Below are positions 17,849-31,120 of a stretch of 31,120 bases of DNA, piece after piece; the first letter of the stretch is position 1, and every line of letters starts with the position of its first letter. Source of the stretch: Alphaproteobacteria bacterium (GTDB lineage: Bacteria > Pseudomonadota > Alphaproteobacteria > GCA-2731375). Both the position numbers and the translations under genes were made by a program. The stretch covers positions 1 to 31,120 of the forward strand of contig CBDDBZ010000017.1 of the NCBI GenBank assembly GCA_965225945.1, in the 5' to 3' direction. The notes below the pieces were generated by a model that saw nothing but the letters and a program-made list of their open reading frames with translations, did no database searches and was not told the origin of the DNA.

Positions 17849-18722
17849 TAGCGGGCCTCCCCACCATGGGCGCCGCCGCTCATGGGACCAGCCGGCACCG
17901 CCTCGCTCTCCTCCTCGCCGAGATAGGCGCGGATCACGGCCGGGTCGTCACGAATTTTCTCGGGCCGGTCGTCGGCGATCTTGCGGCCATAATCGAGCAC
18001 GACGATGCGATCGGAGATAGCCATGACCACGTTCATGTCGTGCTCGACGAGCAGGATCCCGATGCGCTCGGCGTCGCGGATCGACAGCAACAGCTCGTTC
18101 AGCTCGGCGCTTTCGCGCAGGTTGAGCCCCGCGGCCGGCTCGTCCAGGCACAACAGCACGGGCTTGGTGCACATGGCGCGGGCGATCTCCAGCCGCCGCT
18201 GGGCGCCGTAGGGCAGATTGCCCGCGTCGATATCGGCCTGCTCGACCAGGCCGATGCGCTCGAGCCAACCCCGGGCGAACTCGATCGCCTCGCGCTCGGC
18301 ATCGCGATAGCCAGCCAGCCCGAAGAGCCCCGCGAAGGTATAGCCCGAGGCCCGCATCAGGGCATTGTGCTGCGCCGCGATCAAATTCTCGAGCACCGAC
18401 ATGTGCGGGAACAGCCGGATGTTCTGAAACGTGCGCGCGACGCCGGCCTGCGCGATACGGAATCCCTCCATCTGCTCGAGCAGCAAATCGTCGCCGTCCA
18501 GATGCAGCGTCAGGCGCCCGACGGTGGGACTGTAGAAGCCGGTGAGACAGTTGAACACGGTGGTCTTGCCGGCGCCGTTGGGCCCGATGATCGCCGTGAT
18601 CAGGCCGTCATGGGCGACGAACGATAGATCCTCGACCGCTATTAACCCGCCGAACCGCATGGTCAGGTGCTCGACCGTCAGCAGCGCTCGCAAGTCGGTG
18701 GAGCGATGGCTCGTGCCCTCGC

Positions 18723-18726
<4 letters not shown>
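17848..18726 (-). CDS. livG: Branched-chain amino acid ABC transporter ATPase LivG
   Basis: [45 protein letters not shown]. Confidence 0.95.
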
Positions 18727-20030
<1,304 letters not shown>

Positions 20031-20034
20031 GGCG

Positions 20035-20952
20035 TCACACCTTTTCGACCTCGGGCGCGCCGAGCAGCCCGGAGGGCCGGAACACCAGCACCAGGATCAG
20101 GATCGAATAGGCCGCCAAGTCCTTGTATTCGGCGGTGAAATAGGCGGCCCACATAACCTCGACCACGCCCAGGATGAAGCCTCCGAGCATCGCTCCCGGC
20201 AGCGAGCCGATGCCGCCCAGAACCGCCGCCGTGAAGGCCTTGAGGCCGGCGAGGAAGCCGATGTAGAAATTGATCACGCCGTAATAGACGACCACCATCA
20301 TGCCGGCGACCGCGGCCAGCGCGGCGCCGATGATGAAGGTCATGGCGATCGTGTGGTCGACGTGGATACCGAGAAGTGCCGCCATGTCCCGGTCTTGCTG
20401 ACAGGCGCGCTGGGATCGCCCCAACGAGGTGCGCGCGATCAAGTAGCCGAAGGCGGCCATCAGCACCAAGGTCGTGGCGACGATGACCAGCTGGATATAG
20501 CCCAGCCGAACGGTGAAGCCGCCGGCCTGCTCGTAAAGGGTGAAGCCGCCCGAGAAGACCGGCGCCAGCGGCTTGATCCGCGCGCCCTGGAGAACCTGCA
20601 CGTAGTTTTGCAGAAAGATCGACATGCCTATCGCCGAGATCAGCGGCGCCAGCCGTGGCGAGCCGCGCAGCGGGCGATAGGCCACCCGCTCGAGGGTCCA
20701 GCCGTAGACGGCGGTGAACGCCATCGTCACCAGCAGCACGACGATCAGGGCCAAGGGCAGCCAGGTCACGCCCGCCAAGCCGAGGATGATGAAGCAGATG
20801 ATCGAGATGAAGGCGCCGATCATGTAAATCTCGCCGTGGGCGAAATTGATCATGCCGATGATGCCGTACACCATCGTATAGCCGATCGCGATCAGGCCGT
20901 AGATACCGCCCAGGGTGAGACCGTTGATCAGCTGTTGCGAGAAATAGGCCAT
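20035..20952 (-). CDS. livH: Branched-chain amino acid ABC transporter permease LivH
   Basis: [41 protein letters not shown]. Confidence 0.95.
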   Translation of the reverse strand: MAYFSQQLINGLTLGGIYGLIAIGYTMVYGIIGMINFAHGEIYMIGAFISIICFIILGLAGVTWLPLALIVVLLVTMAFTAVYGWTLERVAYRPLRGSPRLAPLISAIGMSIFLQNYVQVLQGARIKPLAPVFSGGFTLYEQAGGFTVRLGYIQLVIVATTLVLMAAFGYLIARTSLGRSQRACQQDRDMAALLGIHVDHTIAMTFIIGAALAAVAGMMVVVYYGVINFYIGFLAGLKAFTAAVLGGIGSLPGAMLGGFILGVVEVMWAAYFTAEYKDLAAYSILILVLVFRPSGLLGAPEVEKV

Positions 20953-21067
20953 GGGCCGCGGCTAGCTACCGAGCGTTTTCAAAAACACATCAAACCCCCA
21001 TTCCGAAACATCTCGCAGCCGAACCGACATTGCCCCGACAAGCGCCGGATCCGGCGTCAGAGGCGTC

Positions 21068-21096
21068 AGAGTAGCCATATGGACCCTCGACGGCAA
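21068..21096 (-). promoter_or_regulatory. Putative sigma70 promoter of the liv operon
   Basis: Minus strand TTGCCG, 17 nt spacer, TACTCT. Confidence 0.35.
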
Positions 21097-21145
21097 CATG
21101 GCGCCGCGAGGGGATTGGCATCGGACGGCCTCCGGGCGGAGTCAT

Positions 21146-21889
21146 TCAATGATCCTCGAGCAGGGTGCCGAAGCCCTCGATCCGATCCCGGATTGCGAGC
21201 CCGCGCAGCACGTGCCAGTAGGTCGCCGTGTTGATCGCGATCACCGGCTTGGCGAGCCAGCGCTCGGCCTCGGCGGCGAGGCGGACCATGGAGAGGTTGG
21301 TGCCGGCCTGCACCAGGGCGTCGACGTCGTCGCCGTCCAGCTCCCGAAGTGCGGCACGAAGCCGGTCCTCGTCCAGCTCGGCGATGGCGAGCGGCGTGGC
21401 GCAGCGGAGGCCGACGAAGCGGCGCACCTCGAAGCCGCAATCGCCCAAAAAGCGGCTGACCTGATCGTCGGCGATTTGGGGATAGGGCGAGAGCACGGCC
21501 ACGCGTCGCGCACCGTGGGCACGCAAGGCCTCGACCAGCGCGAAGGAGCCGCCGGTGACCGGCACGCCGGCGTGCTTCTCCAGGGCGCTCCGTCGCGCTT
21601 CCGAGGCTTCCAGCCCCTCCCAGAAGATGAAGGAGGAAATGCCGATCACCACGCAGTCGGGCGCGGCGGTCATGATCCGATCGACGGCGGCGTAAATTTC
21701 CACCTCGATCATTCCCATCAGCCGCTTGAAGTCCTCGTCGCTGTCGATCTTCGCGTTGGGCACCATGATGCGGCCGACGTGATTGGTGACGCCGTCGGGG
21801 CGCATGGCCTCGAAATCCGGCTGCAGGATGGTGTTGGTGGAAGGTAGTGCTACGCCGATCTTGGCCCGCCAGCCGAGTACGTCCCCCAT
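21146..21889 (-). CDS. Asp/Glu racemase superfamily protein (maleate isomerase/arylmalonate decarboxylase-like)
   Basis: GWRAKIGVALPSTNT, RVAVLSPY, DALVQAGTNL, KPVIAIN; ATG 21889 after GGGAGG. Confidence 0.85.
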   Translation of the reverse strand: MGDVLGWRAKIGVALPSTNTILQPDFEAMRPDGVTNHVGRIMVPNAKIDSDEDFKRLMGMIEVEIYAAVDRIMTAAPDCVVIGISSFIFWEGLEASEARRSALEKHAGVPVTGGSFALVEALRAHGARRVAVLSPYPQIADDQVSRFLGDCGFEVRRFVGLRCATPLAIAELDEDRLRAALRELDGDDVDALVQAGTNLSMVRLAAEAERWLAKPVIAINTATYWHVLRGLAIRDRIEGFGTLLEDH

Positions 21890-21961
21890 CGCCCCGCCGC
21901 CTCCCAAGATTGTCGCCAGTGCTCGTGATCTTGCCTGCTCGCAGTCCCGCTGGCCAGCCGC

Positions 21962-22738
21962 TCAGGCGCCGGGCCGGCCGGGCCGCGTCGCGTGCAGGGC
22001 GATCGCCGCGGCTTGGGAGACGTTGAGGCTCGCCATCGGGGCTGCGAGCTCGATCCGGGCCAGCGCGTCGCAGCGCTCGGCGGTGAGCCGGCGAAGCCCG
22101 CTTCCCTCCGCCCCCAGCACCAGGGCGAGGCGGCCCGAAGGCACTGCCTCGGAAAGTGGCGTTCCGGCCTCGGCGTCGAGGCCGAGGCGCCAGAATTGGA
22201 GCATCGCCAAGGCGTCGAGGGTGCGGGCGAGATTGGCGACACGGACCAGCGGCACCCACTCCAGCGCGCCCGAGGCGGCCTTGGCCAGCGCCCCGCCCTC
22301 GGGCGGAGAATGGCGCCGTGGCAGCACAACGCAGGCGACGTCGAAGGCGGCCGCCGCCCTCACCACGGCGCCGACGTTGCGTGGATCCGCGACCCGGTCG
22401 AGCACCAGGACACGGGCAGCCTCGTCCCGGAGCCTCGCCAACTCCCCGAGCGCCACCTCGGCCAAGGGCGCCACGTGGAGCGCCAAGCCCTGATGCGTGG
22501 TGTCGGGCGGCAGGTGGCGCTCGATCTCCTCGCGGGGCACGATTTCGGGCGCGGGCGTCTGCGCCAGCGGCGGCGCGTCGTCGGCGAGCCGCGCCGCAGC
22601 TTGCCGGGTCGCCAACAGGCGATCGGCGCGCCGCGCGGGGTTGGCGAGCGCCGCCCTGACCGCATGGGTGCCATGTAGCCAATAGGCGGCGGCGCGGCCG
22701 GCAGCCTCGGCCGTCCGAGATCTTCGTGTCTTCGCCAT
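21962..22738 (-). CDS. rlmB: TrmH/SpoU family RNA 2'-O-methyltransferase (RlmB-like)
   Basis: LDRVADPRNVGAVVR, KAASGA, VLGAEGSGLR, SLNVS; divergent from tRNA-Tyr, the usual alphaproteobacterial position. Confidence 0.85.
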   Translation of the reverse strand: MAKTRRSRTAEAAGRAAAYWLHGTHAVRAALANPARRADRLLATRQAAARLADDAPPLAQTPAPEIVPREEIERHLPPDTTHQGLALHVAPLAEVALGELARLRDEAARVLVLDRVADPRNVGAVVRAAAAFDVACVVLPRRHSPPEGGALAKAASGALEWVPLVRVANLARTLDALAMLQFWRLGLDAEAGTPLSEAVPSGRLALVLGAEGSGLRRLTAERCDALARIELAAPMASLNVSQAAAIALHATRPGRPGA

Positions 22739-22856
22739 GTTTTGGCCCTTGCACGGGTTGGCTCGCGCACAAATATTGACAATTGACGGCAAAAGCCATA
22801 ACCCCACGTCGCCGCGTCGGCGCCGCCTGGCCTCGGCGCCGCGTGCCGTACTTTCC

Positions 22857-22941
22857 GGAGGGGTGCCCGAGTGGTTAAAGGGGACGGGCTGTAAACCCGT
22901 TGGCTACGCCTACGTTGGTTCGAATCCAACTCCCTCCACCA
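22857..22941 (+). tRNA. tRNA-Tyr (GTA)
   Basis: Cloverleaf; anticodon arm ACGGG-CTGTAAA-CCCGT, long variable arm, GGTTCGAATCC, encoded CCA. Confidence 0.97.
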
Positions 22942-23008
22942 ACGGCGCGGGCAACGGCACGGGACGTGCGGCGAAGATCGGGCGGAGAGGGGTAGCGAGA
23001 GACGTTTC

Positions 23009-23082
23009 GCGGGTGTAGCTCAGTGGTAGAGTCCCAGCCTTCCAAGCTGGTTACGTGGGTTCGATCCCCATCACCCGCTCCA
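23009..23082 (+). tRNA. tRNA-Gly (TCC)
   Basis: GCGGGTG/CACCCGC acceptor stem, CCAGC-CTTCCAA-GCTGG anticodon arm, encoded CCA. Confidence 0.97.
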
Positions 23083-23083
23083 T

Positions 23084-23131
23084 GACGAGGCCGGCGACGA
23101 GGCCGGCGACGAGGCCGGGGACGAGGCCGGG
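23084..23131 (+). repeat. 4 x 12-bp tandem repeat GACGAGGCCGGS
   Basis: GACGAGGCCGGC twice then GACGAGGCCGGG twice, 1 nt after tRNA-Gly. Confidence 0.95.
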
Positions 23132-23220
23132 CTGGGGCCTCCGAGACCGGGGCGAGCACCGGATCACGGCGGTGCGGGGCAGCCAACGAGAAGGTTGGCG
23201 AGCGAGAAGGTCAGCGAGCG

Positions 23221-24411
<1,191 letters not shown>

Positions 24412-24433
24412 ACAGTAAAAGCGACGAGAACAT

Positions 24434-24509
24434 AGGAGTGTAGCTCAATTGGTAGAGCACCGGTCTCCAAAACCGGGGGTTGGGGGTTCGAGCCCCTCCA
24501 CTCCTGCCA
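24434..24509 (+). tRNA. tRNA-Trp (CCA)
   Basis: AGGAGTG/CACTCCT acceptor stem, CCGGT-CTCCAAA-ACCGG anticodon arm, encoded CCA. Confidence 0.97.
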
Positions 24510-24630
24510 ACGGCTATGGCGGTGCGCGGCGGGTCCAGGGTGTCTCGAGCTCGTTCGAACCCGCCGGCCCGGCGAAGCGCTTCAAGCCCGAAGCGGGCTA
24601 GGGCGCGGCGAGCGGAAGGAATCCGAGAGC

Positions 24631-24828
24631 ATGGCGAAGATCTCACCGGCCGAATTCGTCCGCCAGGTGCGTCAGGAGACCTCCAAGGTCACCTGGCCGA
24701 GCCGCAAGGAGACCGGCATCACCACGGTGATGGTCTTCATCATGGTGACGCTCGCGGCGATCTTCTTCCTGCTGGTCGATCTCGCTCTGTCGAATATCGT
24801 TCGGTTGCTTCTCAATCTCGGGGGCTAG
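24631..24828 (+). CDS. secE: Preprotein translocase subunit SecE
   Basis: [15 protein letters not shown] plus one TM helix; between tRNA-Trp and nusG. Confidence 0.96.
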   Translation: MAKISPAEFVRQVRQETSKVTWPSRKETGITTVMVFIMVTLAAIFFLLVDLALSNIVRLLLNLGG

Positions 24829-24832
24829 GGCC

Positions 24833-25363
24833 ATGACGGCCAGGTGGTACATCGCGCACGTCTATTCTGGCTTCGAAAAGAAGGTCCAAGCCTCGATCCG
24901 CGAGCAGGTCCAGACGCTGGGCCTGGAAGAGGAGATCCTCGAGGTCATGGTGCCGACGGAAGAGGTCCTGAGGGTGCGCCGCGGCCAGAAGGTGAGCGCC
25001 GAGCGCAAGTTCTTCCCGGGCTACGTCCTGGTGAATATGGATATGACCGACGAGGCCTATCACCTGATCAAGAACACGCCCAAGGTGACCGGCTTCCTCG
25101 GCACCGGCAATCGGCCCTCGCCGATCAGCGAGGCCGAAGCGGCGCGGATCGTGCAGCAGGTACAGGAGGGGATCGAGCGGCCCAAGCCCTCGATCACCTT
25201 CGAGATCGGCGAGCAGGTCCGCGTCTGCGACGGTCCGTTCACCTCCTTCAACGGAGAAGTCGAGGAGGTGGACGAGGAGCGGGAGCGGCTCAAGGTCGCG
25301 GTCTCGATTTTCGGCCGGGCGACGCCGGTCGAGTTGGAATATGCCCAGGTCGAGAAGACCTGA
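24833..25363 (+). CDS. nusG: Transcription termination/antitermination factor NusG
   Basis: [22 protein letters not shown] motif, [12 protein letters not shown]. Confidence 0.98.
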   Translation: MTARWYIAHVYSGFEKKVQASIREQVQTLGLEEEILEVMVPTEEVLRVRRGQKVSAERKFFPGYVLVNMDMTDEAYHLIKNTPKVTGFLGTGNRPSPISEAEAARIVQQVQEGIERPKPSITFEIGEQVRVCDGPFTSFNGEVEEVDEERERLKVAVSIFGRATPVELEYAQVEKT

Positions 25364-25372
25364 GCGGAAAGC

Positions 25373-25405
25373 GCGTGGGAGGCCTGGCCAGGGCCGCGAC
25401 CACGC
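25373..25405 (+). promoter_or_regulatory. Putative L1-binding autoregulatory hairpin in the rplK leader
   Basis: GCGTGG/CCACGC stem with an asymmetric internal loop containing GGAG, upstream of rplK-rplA where L1 feedback is established. Confidence 0.5.
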
Positions 25406-25469
25406 CATCCCAGGGCCGCCCGGGGAGCGATATCCGGCCGCGGCGGCAGTTCGATGAGGGGACGCGTGA

Positions 25470-25898
25470 ATGGCGAAGAAGATCAGCAGCTACATCAAGC
25501 TGCAAATAGCGGCGGGGCAGGCCAACCCCTCGCCGCCCGTGGGCCCCGCGCTCGGCCAGCGCGGCGTCAACATCATGGAGTTCTGCAAGGCGTTCAACGC
25601 CGAGACCCAGAACGCGGAACAGGGCGTGCCGACGCCGGTGACGATCACGGTCTATGCCGACAAGAGCTTCAGTATCGTCACCCGGACGCCGCCCGCCTCT
25701 TATTTCCTACGCAAGGCCGCGGGGCTGGAGAAGGGCTCCGAGACGGCGGGGCGCGAGATGGTCGGCAGCGTCACCATCGATCAGGTGCGCGAGATCGCAA
25801 AGTTGAAGATGGTGGACCTGAACGCCAACGACATCGACGCGGCGGCGGAGATGATCGCCGGCTCGGCCCGTTCCATGGGCATCGAGGTGAGGAGGTAG
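25470..25898 (+). CDS. rplK: 50S ribosomal protein L11
   Basis: [26 protein letters not shown]. Confidence 0.98.
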   Translation: MAKKISSYIKLQIAAGQANPSPPVGPALGQRGVNIMEFCKAFNAETQNAEQGVPTPVTITVYADKSFSIVTRTPPASYFLRKAAGLEKGSETAGREMVGSVTIDQVREIAKLKMVDLNANDIDAAAEMIAGSARSMGIEVRR

Positions 25899-25902
25899 GG
25901 CG

Positions 25903-26601
25903 ATGAGTAAGACCGGCAAGCGCCTGAAGGAGGGCCGCGAGGGGATCGATCGCCACCGCCTCTACGATCTGGACGAGGCCATCAAGATGGTGAAGCAGTG
26001 CTGTTCGGCGAAGTTCGACGAGACCTTGGAGCTCGCGATCAACCTCGGCCTCGATCCGCGCCACGCCGACCAGAACCTGCGCGGCACGGTGCAGCTCCCG
26101 AACGGCACTGGCAAGTCCATTCGGGTCGCCGTCTTCGCCAAGGAGGGCAAGGCGGACGAGGCGCGCGAGGCCGGCGCGGACATCGTCGGCGCCGAGGACC
26201 TGGCGGAGAAGATCCAGGGCGGAGAGATGGATTTCGACCGCTGCATCGCCACGCCCGACATGATGAGCGTGGTCGGTCGGCTGGGTCGCGTCCTCGGACC
26301 GCGCGGCCTGATGCCCAACCCGAAGCTCGGCACCGTCACCATGGACGTCGGCGAGGCGGTGCGGGCGGCCAAGGGCGGCCAGGTGGAGTTCCGGGTCGAG
26401 AAGGCGGGCATCATCCACGCCGGCGTCGGCAAGGCGAGCTTCGAGGACGACAAGATCAAGGAGAATGTCATGGCCCTGGTCGTCGCCCTGCTGCGGGCCA
26501 AGCCGTCCGGCGCCAAGGGAACCTATTTCCAGCGGATCGCCGTCAGCTCGACCATGGGGCCGGGCGTCAGGGTGGATACGCAGAGCGTGCTGGGCGGCTG
26601 A
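25903..26601 (+). CDS. rplA: 50S ribosomal protein L1
   Basis: [29 protein letters not shown]. Confidence 0.98.
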   Translation: MSKTGKRLKEGREGIDRHRLYDLDEAIKMVKQCCSAKFDETLELAINLGLDPRHADQNLRGTVQLPNGTGKSIRVAVFAKEGKADEAREAGADIVGAEDLAEKIQGGEMDFDRCIATPDMMSVVGRLGRVLGPRGLMPNPKLGTVTMDVGEAVRAAKGGQVEFRVEKAGIIHAGVGKASFEDDKIKENVMALVVALLRAKPSGAKGTYFQRIAVSSTMGPGVRVDTQSVLGG

Positions 26602-26681
26602 GGGGCCGGCGCGTATTCGAAAGTTTTCGTGCCGGCCGCTCGGCCGGCGCGGAGCCGGGAAGCGGTGAATTCCGCTTCCCA

Positions 26682-26813
26682 CCTGTCCGAGATTGCGGGT
26701 GTCGCGCGGGCGACCTAAGGCCGAAAGGCGCCGGCATGAGACGGGTGGAACGAGTTGACAGGCGGCGTTGCCCGAACGGGCGAGCAGATGTCGGCCTCAT
26801 TCCCCTGGACAGG
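26682..26813 (+). promoter_or_regulatory. Putative L10 leader (rplJ-rplL autoregulation)
   Basis: CCTGTCC (26682-26688) pairs with GGACAGG (26807-26813) and encloses GAGATTGCGGG...CCGGCATGAGAC, resembling the L10-binding leader core. Confidence 0.6.
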
Positions 26814-26903
26814 CGAGAACGGGTTTGGGCCTCGGGCCGGAACCTCGATTGCAACCGTGTCGCGGCGGCGCTCGCCGTTGCGACCAGGCGTGAGGAGGCA
26901 ACG

Positions 26904-27431
26904 GTGGATAGAACGCAAAAGGAGGCGTTCGTGGCCGAGATGCACGAGATCCTGAACGGGAGCTCGACGGTGGTGGTCACGCACTACAACGGTCTCGACG
27001 TGGCGCGGATCAGCGATCTGCGCCGCCGCATGGGCGAGGCCGGCGCGACCTTTCGCGTCATCAAGAACCGACTGACCAAGCTCGCCCTCAAGGGCACGCC
27101 CTACGAGGCGCTCGACGAGCTCTTCGTCGGGCCGACGGCGATCGCCTTTTCCGACGATCCCGTGGCGCCGGCCAAGGTCGCCGTCGAGTTCGCCAGGACC
27201 AACAATGCCTTGGTGGTGCTGGGTGGCGGCATGGGAGAGCGGCGGCTGGACCTCGCCGCCGTCAGGGCCCTGGCGGCGCTGCCGTCGTTGGACGAACTGC
27301 GCGGCCTGTTGATCGGGCTCATGCAGGCACCGGCCGGCAAGGTCGTGGGCGTGCTGCAGGCGCCGGCCGGTCAATTGGCCCGCGTGCTGGCGGTGCATGG
27401 CGATCAGTCGGACGCCGATCAGGCGGCCTGA
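26904..27431 (+). CDS. rplJ: 50S ribosomal protein L10
   Basis: GTG start after GAGGAGG; VIKNRLTKLAL, GPTAIAFS, LPSLDELR. Confidence 0.96.
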   Translation: MDRTQKEAFVAEMHEILNGSSTVVVTHYNGLDVARISDLRRRMGEAGATFRVIKNRLTKLALKGTPYEALDELFVGPTAIAFSDDPVAPAKVAVEFARTNNALVVLGGGMGERRLDLAAVRALAALPSLDELRGLLIGLMQAPAGKVVGVLQAPAGQLARVLAVHGDQSDADQAA

Positions 27432-27500
27432 ACGAAAATCTCGAAACGACATCCACGCGCGCCAGCGCGTCGATCCGATGCAACGAAGGAGTGTGACGAT

Positions 27501-27878
27501 ATGGCGGATCTGGAACAGATCGCGGAACAGCTTTCCGGCTTGACGGTTCTCGAGGCGGCGGAACTCGCCAAGCTGCTCGAGGAGAAGTGGGGCGTCTCGG
27601 CGGCGGCGCCGATGGCGATGGCGATGATGCCGGGCATGGCCGCCGAGGCCGAGGAAGCCGAGGAGCAGACCGAATTCGACGTCATTCTGGCGTCTTTCGG
27701 CGAAAAGAAGATCAACGTCATCAAGGAGGTGCGGGTCATCACCGGCCTCGGCCTCAAGGAGGCGAAGGATCTGGTCGAGTCGGCGCCGAAGGCGGTCAAG
27801 GAGGCCGTCAATAAGGACGAGGCCGACAAGCTCAAGGAGCAACTCGAGGGGGCCGGCGCCACCGTGGAGGTGAAATAG
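27501..27878 (+). CDS. rplL: 50S ribosomal protein L7/L12
   Basis: [30 protein letters not shown]. Confidence 0.98.
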   Translation: MADLEQIAEQLSGLTVLEAAELAKLLEEKWGVSAAAPMAMAMMPGMAAEAEEAEEQTEFDVILASFGEKKINVIKEVRVITGLGLKEAKDLVESAPKAVKEAVNKDEADKLKEQLEGAGATVEVK

Positions 27879-27891
27879 CCGGATTTTAGCG

Positions 27892-27927
27892 GTCGCGCGG
27901 GCGGTTCCTCGGACCCGCCCGCGCGAC
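27892..27927 (+). terminator. Long GC-rich hairpin after rplL (terminator or processing/stability element)
   Basis: GTCGCGCGGGCGG...CCGCCCGCGCGAC 13-bp stem; lacks a U tract. Confidence 0.45.
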
Positions 27928-28217
27928 GCCACGAGCGCATTCGTCGGCTAGCTGCACGGAACGCTTGAATTGATCCGGCCGAATCGCATATATTCCCGGC
28001 CAATCGCCGCGGGTCGATTGATTGAAAACTGGAATCCTTGTAGCAGGTCTTGCGCCGACCGGTCGCTAATGCGACCGGTCGGCGTTCGCGTCCGCCAAAC
28101 GCACAGCGTTTTAGGGCGCCCGTCCTGTCGTGCTCGTCGCCACGGGCGAGCCATCGGAGGACCTAGGCACCGCGCGAAGTATCGACCCGCGTCCGGCGGG
28201 CGTAAAGAGGAGAAGGC

Positions 28218-31120
<2,903 letters not shown>

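Noticed and set aside
22776-22802. TTGACA/TTGACG boxes upstream of tRNA-Tyr
   Set aside because: A promoter is likely here, but I could not pair a -10 box at canonical spacing, so it is not called.
23084-23131. CRISPR array or att site after tRNA-Gly
   Set aside because: No spacers, no cas or integrase genes, and no duplicated tRNA 3' end seen in the window.
25998-27431. 477-aa ORF ending in L10
   Set aside because: Upstream extension overlapping rplA out of frame; the true rplJ start is GTG 26904 after a strong SD.

Overview
High-GC alphaproteobacterial chromosome segment (taxon inferred from gene order and the liv and ribosomal protein sequences). The right part (about 15.4-31.1 kb) is mostly core genome: a livHMGF-DUF6867-like-livK branched-chain amino acid ABC operon, an Asp/Glu-racemase-fold gene, rlmB-like methyltransferase, tRNA-Tyr, tRNA-Gly, tuf, tRNA-Trp, secE, nusG, rplK, rplA, rplJ, rplL and the 5' part of rpoB. 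The left part (1-15.3 kb) is an accessory patchwork. It holds an M24-fold hydrolase with a methylaspartate ammonia-lyase homologue, both with altered active sites; a complete IS21-family element; an orphan PemK/MazF (YifN-like) toxin gene followed by a promoter-like motif and a structured non-coding stretch; two decayed phage-type gene relics around a MesD-like core methionine synthase; an IS1380 3' remnant read in frame into a DUF1194 VWA gene; and an SDR (with a perfect internal 72-bp duplication) / hydantoinase-oxoprolinase A+B / Baeyer-Villiger monooxygenase cluster. The best candidates for undescribed biology are the toxin plus putative downstream RNA antitoxin and the re-specialised lyase/hydrolase pair. 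All family calls come from motif recognition by eye; no database searches were run.
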